64,000 nucleotides of DNA from Macrostomum lignano (Eukaryota). The notes under the pieces were generated by a model. That model saw nothing but the letters and a program-made list of their open reading frames with translations. It was not told the DNA's origin and did no database searches. The translations under genes were made by a program, and so were the position numbers. The stretch spans positions 62,001 to 126,000 of the forward strand of contig NIVC01001597.1 in assembly GCA_002269645.1 (NCBI GenBank). Direction: 5' to 3'. This document shows positions 50,557 to 63,836 of this stretch, one piece after another. Positions within the stretch are counted from its first letter, which is position 1. Every line of letters starts with the position of its first letter.

Positions 50557-50805
50557 CCACTAACAGCGTTTAACTACTTGTTTTCCACTAACTGCGTTTA
50601 ACTACTTGTTTTCCACTAACTGCGTTTAACTACTTGTTTTCCACTAACTGCGTTTAACTACTTGTTTTCCACTAACTGCGTTTAACTACTTGTTTTCCAC
50701 TAACTGCGTTTAACTACTTGTTTTCCTCTAACTGCGTTTAACTACTTGTTTTCCACTAACTGCGTTTAACTACTTGTTTTCCTCTAACTGCGTTTAACTA
50801 CTTGT
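50557..50805. repeat. 28-bp tandem repeat inside the EnSpm element
   Basis: Unit tttaactacttgttttccactaactgcg, ~9 copies. Confidence 0.9.
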
Positions 50806-51450
50806 TAAATATAAATATAATATACTATTAAATATAATAACATTCTTTCCCTTTTTGTCAACTAAAATGCACAAAAGAATTGCTACAATTTATTCATTTG
50901 AATTAACAGAATCTATCCGTACGAGCGAAGCAGCAGATTATGCTGCATTATCCTTTGGAAAACTAAATTAATGTGAAAATCGGCACGATATAGCCGGATA
51001 CATTTCCGGACTTACGTCCGGATTCAATGCACATATTCGGATGTTTCGTCCGGATAAAAACGTGATATCCGGATGAAACATCCGGATATGTGGCTTCAAT
51101 CCGGCCTTATAGCCGGATACATTTCCGGACTTACGTACGGATTCAATGCACATATTCGGATGTTTCGTCCGGATAAAAACGTGATATCCGGATGAAACAT
51201 CCGGATATGTGGCTTCAATCCGGCCTTATAGCCGGATACATTTCCGGACTTACATCCGGATTCAATGTACATATCCGGATGTTTCGTCCGGATACAGAAC
51301 TACAATATCCGAACAAAGCATCTGGATATGTAAAGTTGGCGTCACTTATCCGAAGAAACGACCGGATATTCTCCCACTGAACAGATGCAGAGAATGTCCG
51401 GCCGAAATTAAAAAAATCCGAACCGAAATCCTGCCCTATTTTCCAGCGGG

Positions 51451-51925
51451 CAATAATCCTGATCCCTTATCCCTTCAGTAATCCTGATCCCTTATCCTCT
51501 CAATAATCCTGATCCCTTATCCCCTCAATAATCCTGATCCCTTATCCCTTCAGTAATCCTGATCCCTTATCCCCTCCCCTCAATAATCCTGATCCCTTAT
51601 CCCCTCAATAATCCTGATCCCTTATCCCCTCAATAATCCTGATCCCTTATCCCCTCGATAATCCTGATCCCTTATCCCCTCAATAATCCTGATCCCTTAT
51701 CCCCTCGATAATCCTGATCCCTTATCCCCTCAATAATCCTGATCCCTTATCCCCTTAATAATACTGATCCCTTATCCCTTCAGTAATCCTGATCCCTTAT
51801 CCCCTCAATAATCCTGATCCCTTATCCCCTCAATAATCCCCTTATCCCTCAGAGTGCCAATCCTGATCCCAAATCCCTCAGTGCCAATCCTGATCCCGAA
51901 TCCCTCAGAGTGCCAATCCTGATCT
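51451..51925. repeat. 25-bp minisatellite, right part of the split ARF1 intron array
   Basis: Same unit as 42915-42991, decaying toward the ARF1 donor. Confidence 0.92.
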
Positions 51926-51928
51926 CTA

Positions 51929-52306
<378 letters not shown>

Positions 52307-52399
52307 TCAGGCTTTTAAACTAAGATTGACTGCAATTTTCATTTTGGATTTTATTTGAAAAATCATATTTTCTTAGCCAGATGTGTTGGAAGCATCTTT

Positions 52400-52567
52400 A
52401 ATGTGTCCAAAGCAGCTCAGATGTGTCTCTTAGTATGTCCAAAGCAGCTCACTGAGCTCAGATGTGTCTCTTAGTGTGTCTAAAGTATCTCAGATGTGTC
52501 TCTTAGTGTGTCCAAAGCAGCTCAGATGTGTCTCTTAGTGTGTCCAAAGCATCTCAGATGTGTCTCT
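52400..52567. repeat. 32-bp repeat upstream of ARF1
   Basis: Unit gtgtccaaagcagctcagatgtgtctcttagt, ~5 copies. Confidence 0.85.
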
Positions 52568-52866
52568 TTGGTCTTATTTAATATTTTTAATACTAAAATA
52601 GATTTAGAAAAAAAAGTAAGCATTTTGTCTAAAGTTTAGTATTTATTATAAATATATTCTTGGAACTATTCTATATAGGAAAATCAAGATACCTTTATAA
52701 AAACTTTAAAATGTTTACAAAAACTAGAAGTATATAAAAATTTGATCTTAATTCATTTATATTCTAATAATGGCTTTACATAGTCAATTTCAAGATTCAG
52801 GAAGAAAAATCTTTTTCTAGTTCAAATTCTACTAGCCCAAATACTGCAATTAAGCCTAAGAGTGGT

Positions 52867-53038
52867 CATACATGTGCAACCTTGGGAATCACCTGGCCAT
52901 TTCTATTGGCAACATATACATGTAAGTCGCTATTGGCTGAGAGCAGTCACATGAATACTATTCCATCCAATAGCAACTTACATGTGTGTGTTGCCAATAG
53001 AAATAGCCAAGTGAATCCCAAGGTTGCGCCCAAGCATG
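52867..53038. mobile_element. 172-bp palindromic MITE (P-like), copy 2
   Basis: Homologous to 14439-14610; 8-bp TSD agagtggt at 52859-52866 and 53039-53046. Confidence 0.9.
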
Positions 53039-54872
53039 AGAGTGGTTGAGAGAATAAGCTGACAAATCACGGACACGTGTCCATTGCGTTTACAAAATTT
53101 TTCAGTGTCACGTTGCGGTGGAATCTTTAGCAGGTGGTGTTGCATTGTGGAGGAGTCATCAAGCAGCTGGTGTCACATCGCCATAGCAGAGTCCATGGTT
53201 TTGTTTGGTAATGGTAGTGTTGCAACACTGTTGCAGTTGTCAGTTAATTAATGAACATATAGTCAGAAACTGTATCTGGGTCTTCATTTTCCAGGTTTTT
53301 GTTAACGTAAATGTCCTTATGTCAAAAATGAGCTTCTTGTAATTTTTAATTTTATCCTCTTCTTTTTTGTTTCAACTTACTTTTAAGTCATTTACAATAT
53401 AACATGTGAATAGATAATATTTGCTGTTGTGGACTTGAAGTTAAAGTTTCTTGTTCTCTAGTTTTGATTTTGACATTTTTTTGCTAATGACAAACATTGA
53501 GAATTGAGTGAACTGAACTCAGATGAAGTGACCACTAGGCCAGCTGCTAGCCTGCTATGAATTATGAAAAACAAGTAACAAGTAATACTTGTTAGTTACA
53601 ATACATGTGCTGTTTTTCTAACTGCTGTATCGTTGTTGTTTTATTTTTTATTGTTTTTAAATTTCATTTTTTTCTGTGAAATTGAAAGGAATACTCTCAT
53701 CCCTCACCTCATGGTCTCAGTCTCAGGAGTGAATGGCAGAACGGGAATTGTCAATTTAAGTAAATGTTCCCCCCTAGTCATTTGGTCAATAGACATTGGT
53801 GTCGCGTCGCCCCCCCTCCCCAGTCAACAAAATTTGGTACAATTTTGGCACCCATGTTGCGTATCGCATCTGTGGGTTTTTGAAAATTTTTCTAATAGGG
53901 ATATACACTGTCTTTGATTTTCCATCTTTTTAGCAAATATAAATAATATTTTTTTAAACTTGTATGTACAATACTACTAAAAGTAAGCATATGTTAAAAT
54001 AATTACCTTATTTATTTGAAAATTGAACTAATTAGTTAATAATTGAAAGCCAAATAGTTTATAATAAAATATAAATAGGAAGGTTGTTTCAATAGCATTA
54101 GCTGGCACAATAGAAAATTATAAAAGATTGGGAAAGAAATGAATCAAAGCAATTGATGCTTAAATATACAACCAATAAAGTTCACAATTTTAATTTATTA
54201 TTAAAGTTCATTAGTAAGAAATTGTTATATTTGCATGATCATAGTCATAAACAAAGAGATTATTTAGGCATTTTAGGCCCACTAACAATAAGTTTTTTAT
54301 TAACTTACAAAATTATTAATGCAAATTTGTTTAGGCCGATCCATTAGTTCAAAAATATCTTAGGGCCTAATGGTATATATAAGCCCTATTCAATTTCATA
54401 TAAGCAAAATACAAAGCCAAAGGTTTATTTAAATTACATATGTCAGCATATTTACAAATTGCCTACAATTAGGCCTAATATAGGCCTACACTAAGCCAAA
54501 GCTGCAAAGGTATATATACCAAAGCATTAAACAAAGTCAAAGATCTATTAATATAAGTTTGTGTATCAAGTATTCTAGGCTTATTCTATTTATCTAAGCT
54601 GTGTCCAGCAATGTAGGCCTAGAGTGCACCAGTTCTTCCATTTCAAATCAAAGTGGCCATAGCCCATCATAGCTCATAGAGTCATAAATCACTGATTGGT
54701 TAAGTTTTGACTTGGCTCTAATTCATTTTAAGCAGTGAGAATGAGACAATGTCTTGACTATGCCCTGTCCAGCAAAGAAACCTATATTAACTTCAATAGA
54801 ATAGGCTTAGTCAGTCCAAGGTAGGCGGCCTAATCTAACCACATATTTAGTAATAGGTCTAGGCCCTTACAC

Positions 54873-55561
54873 GGTCTGCGGTCATTTCGTCTGCCGCCTT
54901 TTCGTCTGCCAAAGAATTGTAGCAGACGAAACGACTTTTTTATTTATGTTTATTTTGGTTCACTTATTTAGTATTTTTTATGTAGGGAATTAAAATAAAT
55001 TAGTATAAGCAAGTTTTAAGTATGTTTTCTTATTGATACATTTTGTTTTTCTTCATTTTCTACGACGCATCGATGCGAAGTTATTTTCTGAGAAAGTGGT
55101 GTTATCGATAATTTTTTCACCATGGACTCATGCGTAACAAGGACCACTAGAAGTTACCGTTACAACGTAACTTCTAGTGGTCCTTGATGCGTAATTTGTA
55201 AAAAACATTTTACAATTTTACAATTTTACAGTTTACAATTTACAAAATTTTACAATTTTAAAAAATTTGCAATTATTTGTAAAAAGAAAGTTGGAAGGAA
55301 ACTAAACGGTTGGAGATACTTGCTTCTGGCTTTGTGTATTTATATGCAACATATTAGCTCCGGAACTTTCAGAAAAATCCTAGCATTATAATAAATTACA
55401 ATTAATAAGACATTTACATTACACTTCCATGCGAAGCTTGATGGCATAATTAGTTATTCCGATTTATATATTATATATATTGGCAGACGAAACGACTATA
55501 TCGTATATTGGCAGACGAAAAGGCGGCAGACGAAAAGGCGGCAGACGAAATGACCGTCAAC
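54873..55561. mobile_element. Mutator-like non-autonomous element (689 bp)
   Basis: TIR core GGTCATTTCGTCTGCCGCCTTTTCGTCTGCC; GG termini; 9-bp TSD cccttacac at 54864-54872 and 55562-55570. Confidence 0.82.
55138..55186. mobile_element. 49-bp miniature TIR element (P-like)
   Basis: Perfect 20-bp TIRs starting CAAGG, 9-bp spacer, 8-bp TSD atgcgtaa. Confidence 0.85.
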
Positions 55562-55898
55562 CCCTTACACAAACTAGGCCTACTGAATGATAGGCACTAC
55601 CTACAGAGACACACAAAACAAGTTTAAAATACGGAAAATTGATTATTTGACATGAAACGGGCGATAACATTCAAGCTCCAGCTCTGCACATGGGGTCCTT
55701 TTCTTTCTCAAGTTAGCTTCTCACACTAGGAGCTCGGCTGCTCGAGGTGGATCTATTTATTTGCTTAAAAAAGCTCTTTGTTGGAGTAGTTTAAAGTAAT
55801 GCGCTATAACAGTCATGTTAGTTGTATCCGATATCGTTATATCATTCCGGAAAAATGTACGGAAGTTTACCTATCGAAGATATATCAATGGTATATTC

Positions 55899-55991
55899 TT
55901 CTGCAGTCGGGATGCATGATATCGGTATAACACGCGAGCGCCGGTAGGCGCGAGTCGTGTTATTCCAATATCATGCATCCCGACTGCAGAA
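55899..55991. other. 93-nt hairpin with 36-bp stem
   Basis: TTCTGCAGTCGGGATGCATGATATCGGTATAACACG pairs with 55956-55991 with 2 mismatches. Confidence 0.7.
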
Positions 55992-56226
55992 AAGTGCATT
56001 GACTAGTGTTTCCAAATAGGCTATAGTTGTTTATGATCGAGAAAGACAATAACACGCAGTCTCAGTAGAATCTGTATAGTTCAATTTTGTTATGTCATTT
56101 ATCTCTCTCCCTCGCTGCCTTCTGATTGGCTCTCAGTTCTCACCTCTTTCCTCAGTTGCGGAAACCACCCCACCCCCTGTCTTATCTTGCACCCCCCAGT
56201 ATATTTGAATAAATATACCCGTTTAG

Positions 56227-56845
56227 GCCCTGCGCTTCGCTATCGTTTTTTCCGAAGCCTCTTCAAGGACAACCTGAAAACCGTACCGTTTCTCCGAGAA
56301 GACCGCTCGAGGATATCGATTCCTTCAAGAATTTATGAAGAATCTGAGTGCGAAGGCCGGTCTAAGCAAGGTCTACACTAATCACTGTATTAGGTAAGTA
56401 AATTTCGTTTTCCGATATGGTATATAAATACGAGCTAGTTTTAAATAGTTCATATAAAATTACTTTCCTTTGATTCTCCCACAGAGTCACTAGAGTGTGC
56501 GATCTAGTCGCCGCTGGCCATTCGCTGCAAGACATAATGCTTATTACCGGCCAGAAATGTGAGAAGACGGTCAAAAGGTATTTAACCAGGCGCCGGGACC
56601 GCAGTCTGTTCAGGAGTTCCAAGGCAGTGAACTGTGCACTAAGCCGGCATATTTCAAGCACAAGCACAATGCCGTCCAATGAGGCGTCTTTCTCTGCTAA
56701 TGCGAGCGGCTCTATCAGTTCTACTGTCTGCGCGCAAGTGATGACGATCACCAGTTGCAATAATGCCACCCCACAATCAATTGACAAGCCGGTTCCTCGG
56801 CCAGTTCATATCGAGGCCTGTCCGACTAAGAAATATTCGTGTTAG
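56227..56845 (+). pseudogene. Crypton-type tyrosine recombinase C-terminal relic
   Basis: Intron 56394-56484 joins AKAGLSKVYTNHCIR|VTRVCDLVAAGHSLQDIMLITGQKCEKTVKRY; frameshift upstream. Confidence 0.75.
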
Positions 56846-57543
56846 CATTGACGGCAACAACAATTTGTTTTTACATTGTGTTTGAGTAAGGCGTATCTAT
56901 CAAAAAGACTAATTCTTCGAGAGAAACTATGGCTTTAGACATTTCCCCCTCATGTTCATGCTATAAGTAGTTGTTGTTTATAACTTATAATTATAAATTT
57001 AAAAATATTCATTTAATAATTAATATTTGGGTCATCTAATAAACTCGTTAAAGTAATGTTTTTGTCTATATGGACAATAGCACGCATCCCGCGTGCGTGT
57101 TAATGGGTAGTGAAATGCTTGTCAATGACCTGAATGGCGATTGAATGGACATCATGGAAACTTATAAGCCTTTAATACAACGCGGTTATTATGCAAGTGC
57201 ATAACTTCATTTGGACCTATTAGGTGACACAGGCAAAGAGGAATTCAACCCACTTAAGCGAAGGAATTTTCGGCAAAATTCAAAAACGGCGAAAGCTGGC
57301 CATTTCGGCGAACGATTTGTTAAAATTGATCCACTTCGGCGAAGAGTTATTTGAGAGTGCGAGTAATGCGAGTAAGTAACAAATTAAAAAAATGGTGTCT
57401 AAATGATACAAACAATTAAAATGAACAAATTTGGCAATTAAAATTGATTAATACGATTAAAAGTCACTTGCGCTAAAACAGTTAAAGTAAAATTAAATCT
57501 ATTCATTGTCATATTACATCACAATCACAAAGTTAGGGTGCAT

Positions 57544-58898
57544 CTAGGCGACTACACTTCTCCAACAAGCTCTCAGTTGAGCGCAGACAAGCGGTGCTCC
57601 CGCCACAGATCTAAAAATATACGCAGTCGCGCTTTCGCTGTGCTTTTGCGCTGAAATCGTCGTACGCAACTGTCCCTGTGCCATCAGCTGAGCATCAACA
57701 GCGACGAGTCGAGTCGGAGACCAAGGGTTGCACAAGTCGCCATATGGCTTGGGTGAAGTGCCGTTGCACATGAGGCCACACGGATTCAATTCCACAGCTG
57801 TCAATGCAGTTAGCAGTCCTCGGACATGTTAGTACAAAGTTCTATAAAGTAGCAGTACATGTAGTTTATGTATTTTCGCTTACCTGAAATTGGTCAGCAA
57901 CACGCAAAACCTCTTCACGCGAAATTTGTGCCGCCGACTGAAAAACGTTTTCCTGCGCTCTTGCCTCAACGCGTTGGCGCACTAGACGCTTCTCTATCGG
58001 TAGATTTTCTGGCGGATGACAATGCCCACTTGGTCCTTGTCGAAATTTGCCCCCACACTGGACACGACCGCGTTGCTCGGCATGATGTGTGAATTGCGAA
58101 CAACGCAGCGCCAATACGTAGTCTGCTCAGTGATCCGTGACTGGACGAAAGAAAACTGTCCATTAACTACATGTAATAAAACAGGTTTTTTTCTGCTGGA
58201 AGCTGCTTCAATAATGTTGAAGTCCGTTGGCTTCTGAGTGGGTGGCTCTGCTAGCGGTGGCTCCTGATTGGGTGGCTCGGCTAGCGGCGGCTCCTGATTG
58301 GGCGGCTCTGCTAGCGGTGGCTCCTGATTGGTCGGCTCTGCTAGCGGTGGCTCCTGATTGGGTGGCTCTGCTAGCGGCGGCTCCTGATTGGGTGGCTCTG
58401 CTAGCGGTGGCTCCTGATTGGGTGGCTCTGCTAGCGGCGGCTCCTGATTGGGCGGCTCTGCTAGCGGTGGCTCCTGATTGGGCGGCTCTGCTAGCGGTGG
58501 CTCCTGATTGGGCGGCTCTGCTAGCGGTGGCTCCTGATTGGGCGGCTCTTCTAGCGGTGGCTCCTGATTGGGTGGCTCTGCTAGCAGCGGCTCCTGATTG
58601 GGCGGCTCTCGATTGGCACATGGCTGGCACCAGCAACTTATCTGTAGCTCGCCTAGGGTTATATGTGCATGTACACATGTACAGAATAAAATATAGTATG
58701 CAATGAAAAAACAATGTATGCACATCTGCACTGACAAGCTATATCCGTACCTTTCTGTATCTGGACATATTGTTGATGCGAAATCCCTGTTCGACATTTT
58801 CGATGCTGCCATCCACCACATCCGTCACAGCTGATGGCATGTTGACGAGCGCTTACAATTTTCTCACAGAGAAGACATAAATCGCTAGGTGCATTCAT
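57544..58898 (-). pseudogene. PHD-FLYWCH-MULE transposase relic
   Basis: PHD CLLC..CDGCGGWQHRKC|..WCQPC across intron 58653-58750; FLYWCH TTYWRC..GHCHP with a frameshift; HFTQAIWRLVQ; DDE core missing; internal 30-bp EPPNQEPPLA repeat. Confidence 0.75.
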
Positions 58899-60411
58899 AG
58901 TTGCAGGACGCAGAGTTCTATTGTAAGTCGTTTTTTACAGAAAAGTCAAGTGGTTTTTATGAACAACTGAGCATACAGTAATAATCCAGCAGTGCCATTG
59001 TGTTTGTTTAAATAGTGTTCAATCAATTCTAGTGCTTAAATTGATGTGTTGGAATGGAGTCAGCGCCAAGCCCCCGCCCCCATATCCATCCATCGATTGC
59101 ACTTTGCATGTGCATAGCTATAGCTAAGTTATGAGTTTTTTAAATGTAAAACGGTATATATATTTGAAACTTTCTTTCGCCGAAATGTGCATCTCTGTAA
59201 ACTAAACATTCATCTTCGCCGAAATGGGCTGCACCCGTAAAGAGCAGGGGAAGGGAACTTTGTTTATGCTTCATATGCGTGATGGCAACTCTATAGCGGT
59301 AAAGCCGATTTCCCCCAGCTTCCGTGATCTACTGCATGGTTTCGTCGTGCTCAATAGTACAATACTATTATTGTGCCATACACATGTGTCCTCGGCAAAG
59401 TGGGACAGAATAATCGGGCGTTAAATTTCATTAACTGCCCGCTAATTTGCCATTAAATTAAGTTTAAAGCATTAAAGTCCTGCAAGCGGGCTTAAATGTA
59501 GTCTATGTCATTAAAAGGCAAGAATAAGTGCCCAGCGGGCACAAAGGTCATGGTACAATGGCTATTTAACAATTTAGCTGGCTAGAATTAGCTTTACCCA
59601 GGCATGTAAACACACTGCGTGTGTACATGTAGCTTAACACCTACGTACATGTGTGTAGATGTAGCTATATATAAAACGAAAAGTACAAAATCTCGGAGAA
59701 TTTTTGCACTCTTTAGTTTCAGCTTGGCTATTTGAAAGAGTTGCAGTTCAAGCGTTGTAAGAAGTTTGAAAGAAGTGAAAGAAGTTTGCATGTTAATCGG
59801 TTGACCTGAACAAAAATTGTCATAATAAAACGAATCATCTCTCACATATTTTGTACGTAGGAAATTTCTGGATTAAGAAAACAATTGCAAACATCATTTT
59901 GAAAATTTGAAAAAAAAACAGGTGAGGAAATCTATTCATAAAATTTGAGTGAAATAAATATTTGCCAAAATGATAAAAGACGAACTATTACATGGACTAT
60001 TACTCTTAGCATTTGATGATATCCCCGGCGACTAACAGCTAGTTTTATCCTCCAGTTTCGCTATAATCACGATTCCCATGGGACAACACTGAATAATTCC
60101 CCTCTAATTATTTATTGCTTGTTTGTAATGTTTGAGTCAATATAATCCCCCTCGGGGAAGCTACATGTAGGCTCCAATCACTCCAAAGCTAGGCGATCAC
60201 TCTGTCATCCATGCAGTTTGCTAAACCATTGAGACCGACTGCGGCAAGACCAATTGAACATCATCTCTCAGTGGTGTCCCTTCTCTGTCCCTTCCCTCAG
60301 TTGGTGTGGATACCAGCTAGGGGGCGGTCGCCATGGATTTATGGTGGGAATCAGACATGCAAAGCCAAGAATTCAACATGTACATTATTTTGAGAATCGG
60401 TGTTGTTGTTA

Positions 60412-60878
60412 TACCACTCATTTTGGCACCGCTGCAGGCACTCATCTTGGCGCCGCAGACAGGCATTCATTTTGGCGCCGCATACAGGCACTCATTTTGG
60501 CGCCGCAGACAGGCATTCATTTTGGCGCCGCATACAGGCACTCATTTTGGCGCCGCAGACATGCACTCATTTTGGCGCCGCAGACAGGCACTCATTTTGG
60601 CGCCGCAGACAGGCATTCATTTTGGCGCCGCAGACAGGCATTCATTTTGGCGCCGCATACAGGCACTCATTTTGGCGCCGCAGACAGGCACTCATTTTGG
60701 CGCCGCAGACAGGCATTCATTTTGGCGCCGCATACAGGCATTCATTTTGGCGCCGCATACAGGCACTCATTTTGGCGCCGCAGACAGGCACTCATTTTGG
60801 CGCCGCAGACAGGCACTCATTTTGGCGCCGCAGACAGGCACTCATTTTGGCGCCGCAGACAGGCACTCATTTTGGAGC
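60412..60878. repeat. 25-bp minisatellite
   Basis: Unit ggcactcattttggcgccgcagaca. Confidence 0.94.
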
Positions 60879-61704
60879 CGCCACATTTTGACGCGGTTAT
60901 GATCGCATTCGGCAAAAATTGATTCATCTGTGAACACTGTCGAGTCTATAGATTTCTGCCACTTTTGTGGATCAGAGAAGGCACAAGATTTTCCCGCAGT
61001 GAATTGCCCGCAATGCTTTTTCCTGCAGCATATGCAGCCACGCGGCAGATTTTGTCTGCGTTGCCTCCCAAATGCTTATTTAGTAAGGCTGAATAAAGAG
61101 ATTACTAGCGACATATGCATGAATTAATAGCACACAGATATTATATGTTCAGCCATGGCATCGTGCTTTTTAATTTGGTATCCCGAGTTTGTAATATTTG
61201 TAATATATAGCTTAAAAACACAAAACTGTAGTGCAGTAAGCTGTTATGAAACGCTATATAACAGTGTATATTATTGAGTTAGAAGTATCTCAAGTGGCCC
61301 GCAAAAGATGCATTTATAAGTGTACCTTGATTACACAGTATGCACCGAATGCTACTGCTATCATTGCTATAATAGAGAGCTACAAATATAGGAAATAATG
61401 AGGTGTCAATCAAATTGATGAAATTAATATAATTGCTCACTAAAGTGGCACATTAGGTAGGTAAGCATTTATTAAGCTAAGCACTTCTGCTCTTTGCACT
61501 CTTTACTCTATTTTGTATTTCTATATAGAATAAAATATACAGGCTGATGCAGGCATAAAGAGCTATACAGTAATTCTTACACACACTCTAAGTTTACTCA
61601 TCTGATGCTCAATTTTTTTCTATCTTTATGAGTAAAATGAGTGACACGTAATGATACTCTAGCTAAGCTTTTAATGCCCGCATATGCCCCTCTTGGCTAA
61701 TGGA

Positions 61705-62158
61705 AGCTTTTTGGCGCCACAATTGCACTCAGATTGGCGCCACAATTACACTCAGATTGGCGCCACAATGTCAACCTGATTAGCGCCACAATAACACCCA
61801 GATTGGCACCACAATAACACCCAGATTGGCGCCACAATTACACCAAGATTGGCGCCATAATGATATCCCGATTGGCGCCACAATGTCACCCAGATTGGCG
61901 CCACAATGTCACCCAGATTGGCGCCAAAATGTCAAACTGATTAGCGCCACAATAACACACAGATTGGCGCCACAATAACACCCAGATTGGCGCCACAATT
62001 TCAACCTGATTAGCGCCACAATGACATCCAGATTGGTGCCACAATTAAATCCAGATTGGCGCCACAATTACGCCTACATTGGCGCCACAATGACACTCAG
62101 ATTGGCGCCACAATGACACTCAGATTAGCGCCACAATGACACCCTGATTGGTGCCATA
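61705..62158. repeat. 23-bp minisatellite
   Basis: Unit gattggcgccacaatgacaccca. Confidence 0.9.
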
Positions 62159-62624
62159 AGCGTCTAGGTCATTGCGATTTAACAAAACGGATTGACTTTA
62201 AAGAAAGAAATGCAGTTAGTAGCATTACAACAAAAAACACCGGAAGTTTTGCTAGCAATTCAGCCGCTAGCTAGAAGAAGCCGTACCACACAAAGGAGCC
62301 AAAGTCTATAAAGCTTTATTCACAAATTTCAAGTCTTGACGCTTCTCTGAGAAAAGTAGAATTCACAGAAGTTTTAAGGTGAATTATGAAACGGTTCATT
62401 GTGCCAGCTTACTGTGCACTGTGTATGTAACTGCTTAGGGGTTCAAGCAGTTTTTAAATGAATCAAGGCGACCGTACGTGTAGTAGCTTACTCAGTAACT
62501 TAAATGCATAAATTCAAATATTGCTTCTCATGAACCAGACAAGTATTAAATAAATGCGAATGGTCTCGGCCCCAGTCAAGCCTGAGCACCCGGATGCCTG
62601 GAGTCTCTGACTCCTGACATTTGT

Positions 62625-63836
62625 ATGTTGGTGTGTCTGACATCACAGATACTGACATCTCTGACACCCCAGCTACTGACATCTCTGACACCCCAGCTAC
62701 TGACATCTCTCTGACACCCCAGCTACTGACATCTCTGACACCCCAGCTACTGACATCTCTGACACACCAGCTACTGGCATCTCTGACACCCCAGCTACTG
62801 ACATCTCTGACACCCCAGCTACTGACATCTCTGACACAGCAGCTACTGGCATCTCTGACAAACCAGCTACTGACATCTCTGACATCCCAGCTACTGACAT
62901 CTCTGGCATCCCAGCTACTGACATCTCTGACACCCCAGCTACTGGCATCTATGACACCTTAGCTACTGACATCTCTGACACCCCAGCTACTGACATCTCT
63001 GACACCCCAGCTACTGACATCTCTGACACCCCAGCTACTGAGTGTCAGACATCTCTGACACCCCAGCTACTGACATCTCTGGCATCCCAGCTACTGACAT
63101 CTCTGACACCCCAGCTACTGACATCTCTGACACCCCAGATACTGACATCTCTGACACCCCAGCTACTGACATCTCTGACACCCCAGCTACTGACATCTCT
63201 CTGACACCCCAGCTACTGACATCTCTGACACCCCAGCTACTGACATCTCTGACACCCCAGCTACTGACATCTCTCTGACACCCCAGCTACTGACATCTCT
63301 GACACCCCAGCTACTGGCATCTCTGACACACCAGCTACTGGCATCTCTGACACCCCAGCAACTGACATCTCTGACACCCCAGCTACTGACATCTCTGACA
63401 CCCCAGCTATGGCATCTCTGACACCCCAGCTTACTGACATCTCTGACACCCCAGCTACTGACATCTCTGACACCCCAGCTACTGACATCTCTCTGACACC
63501 CCAGCTACTGACTTTTTTTGACACAGCAGCTACTGGCATCTCTGACACCCCAGCTACTGGCATCTCTGACACCCCAGCTACTGACATCTCTGACACAGCA
63601 GCTACTGGCATCTCTGACACCCCAGCTACTGACATCTCTGACACCCCAGCTACTGACATCTCTGGCATCCCAGCTACTGACATCTCTGACACCCCAGCTA
63701 CTGACATCTCTGACACCCCAGCTACTGACTTTTCTGACACAGCAGCTACTGGCATCTCTGACACCCCAGCTACTGGCATCTCTGACACCCCAGCTACTGA
63801 CATCTCTGACACATCAGCTACTGACATCTCTGACAC
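62625..63836. repeat. 24-bp minisatellite
   Basis: Unit ctactgacatctctgacaccccag. Confidence 0.95.

Larger units (their letters stand above)
42992..51450 (+). mobile_element. Full-length EnSpm/CACTA-type DNA transposon (8459 bp)
   Basis: 17-bp perfect TIR CCCGCTGGAAAATAGGG (imperfect to ~36 bp); 2-bp TSD CA; TCCGGA subterminal repeats; transposase gene inside. Confidence 0.93.

Noticed and set aside
57075-57112. Helitron-like 3' hairpin (also CTAGT near 60040)
   Set aside because: The terminus is imperfect and no 5' TC end or A/T insertion site could be identified.
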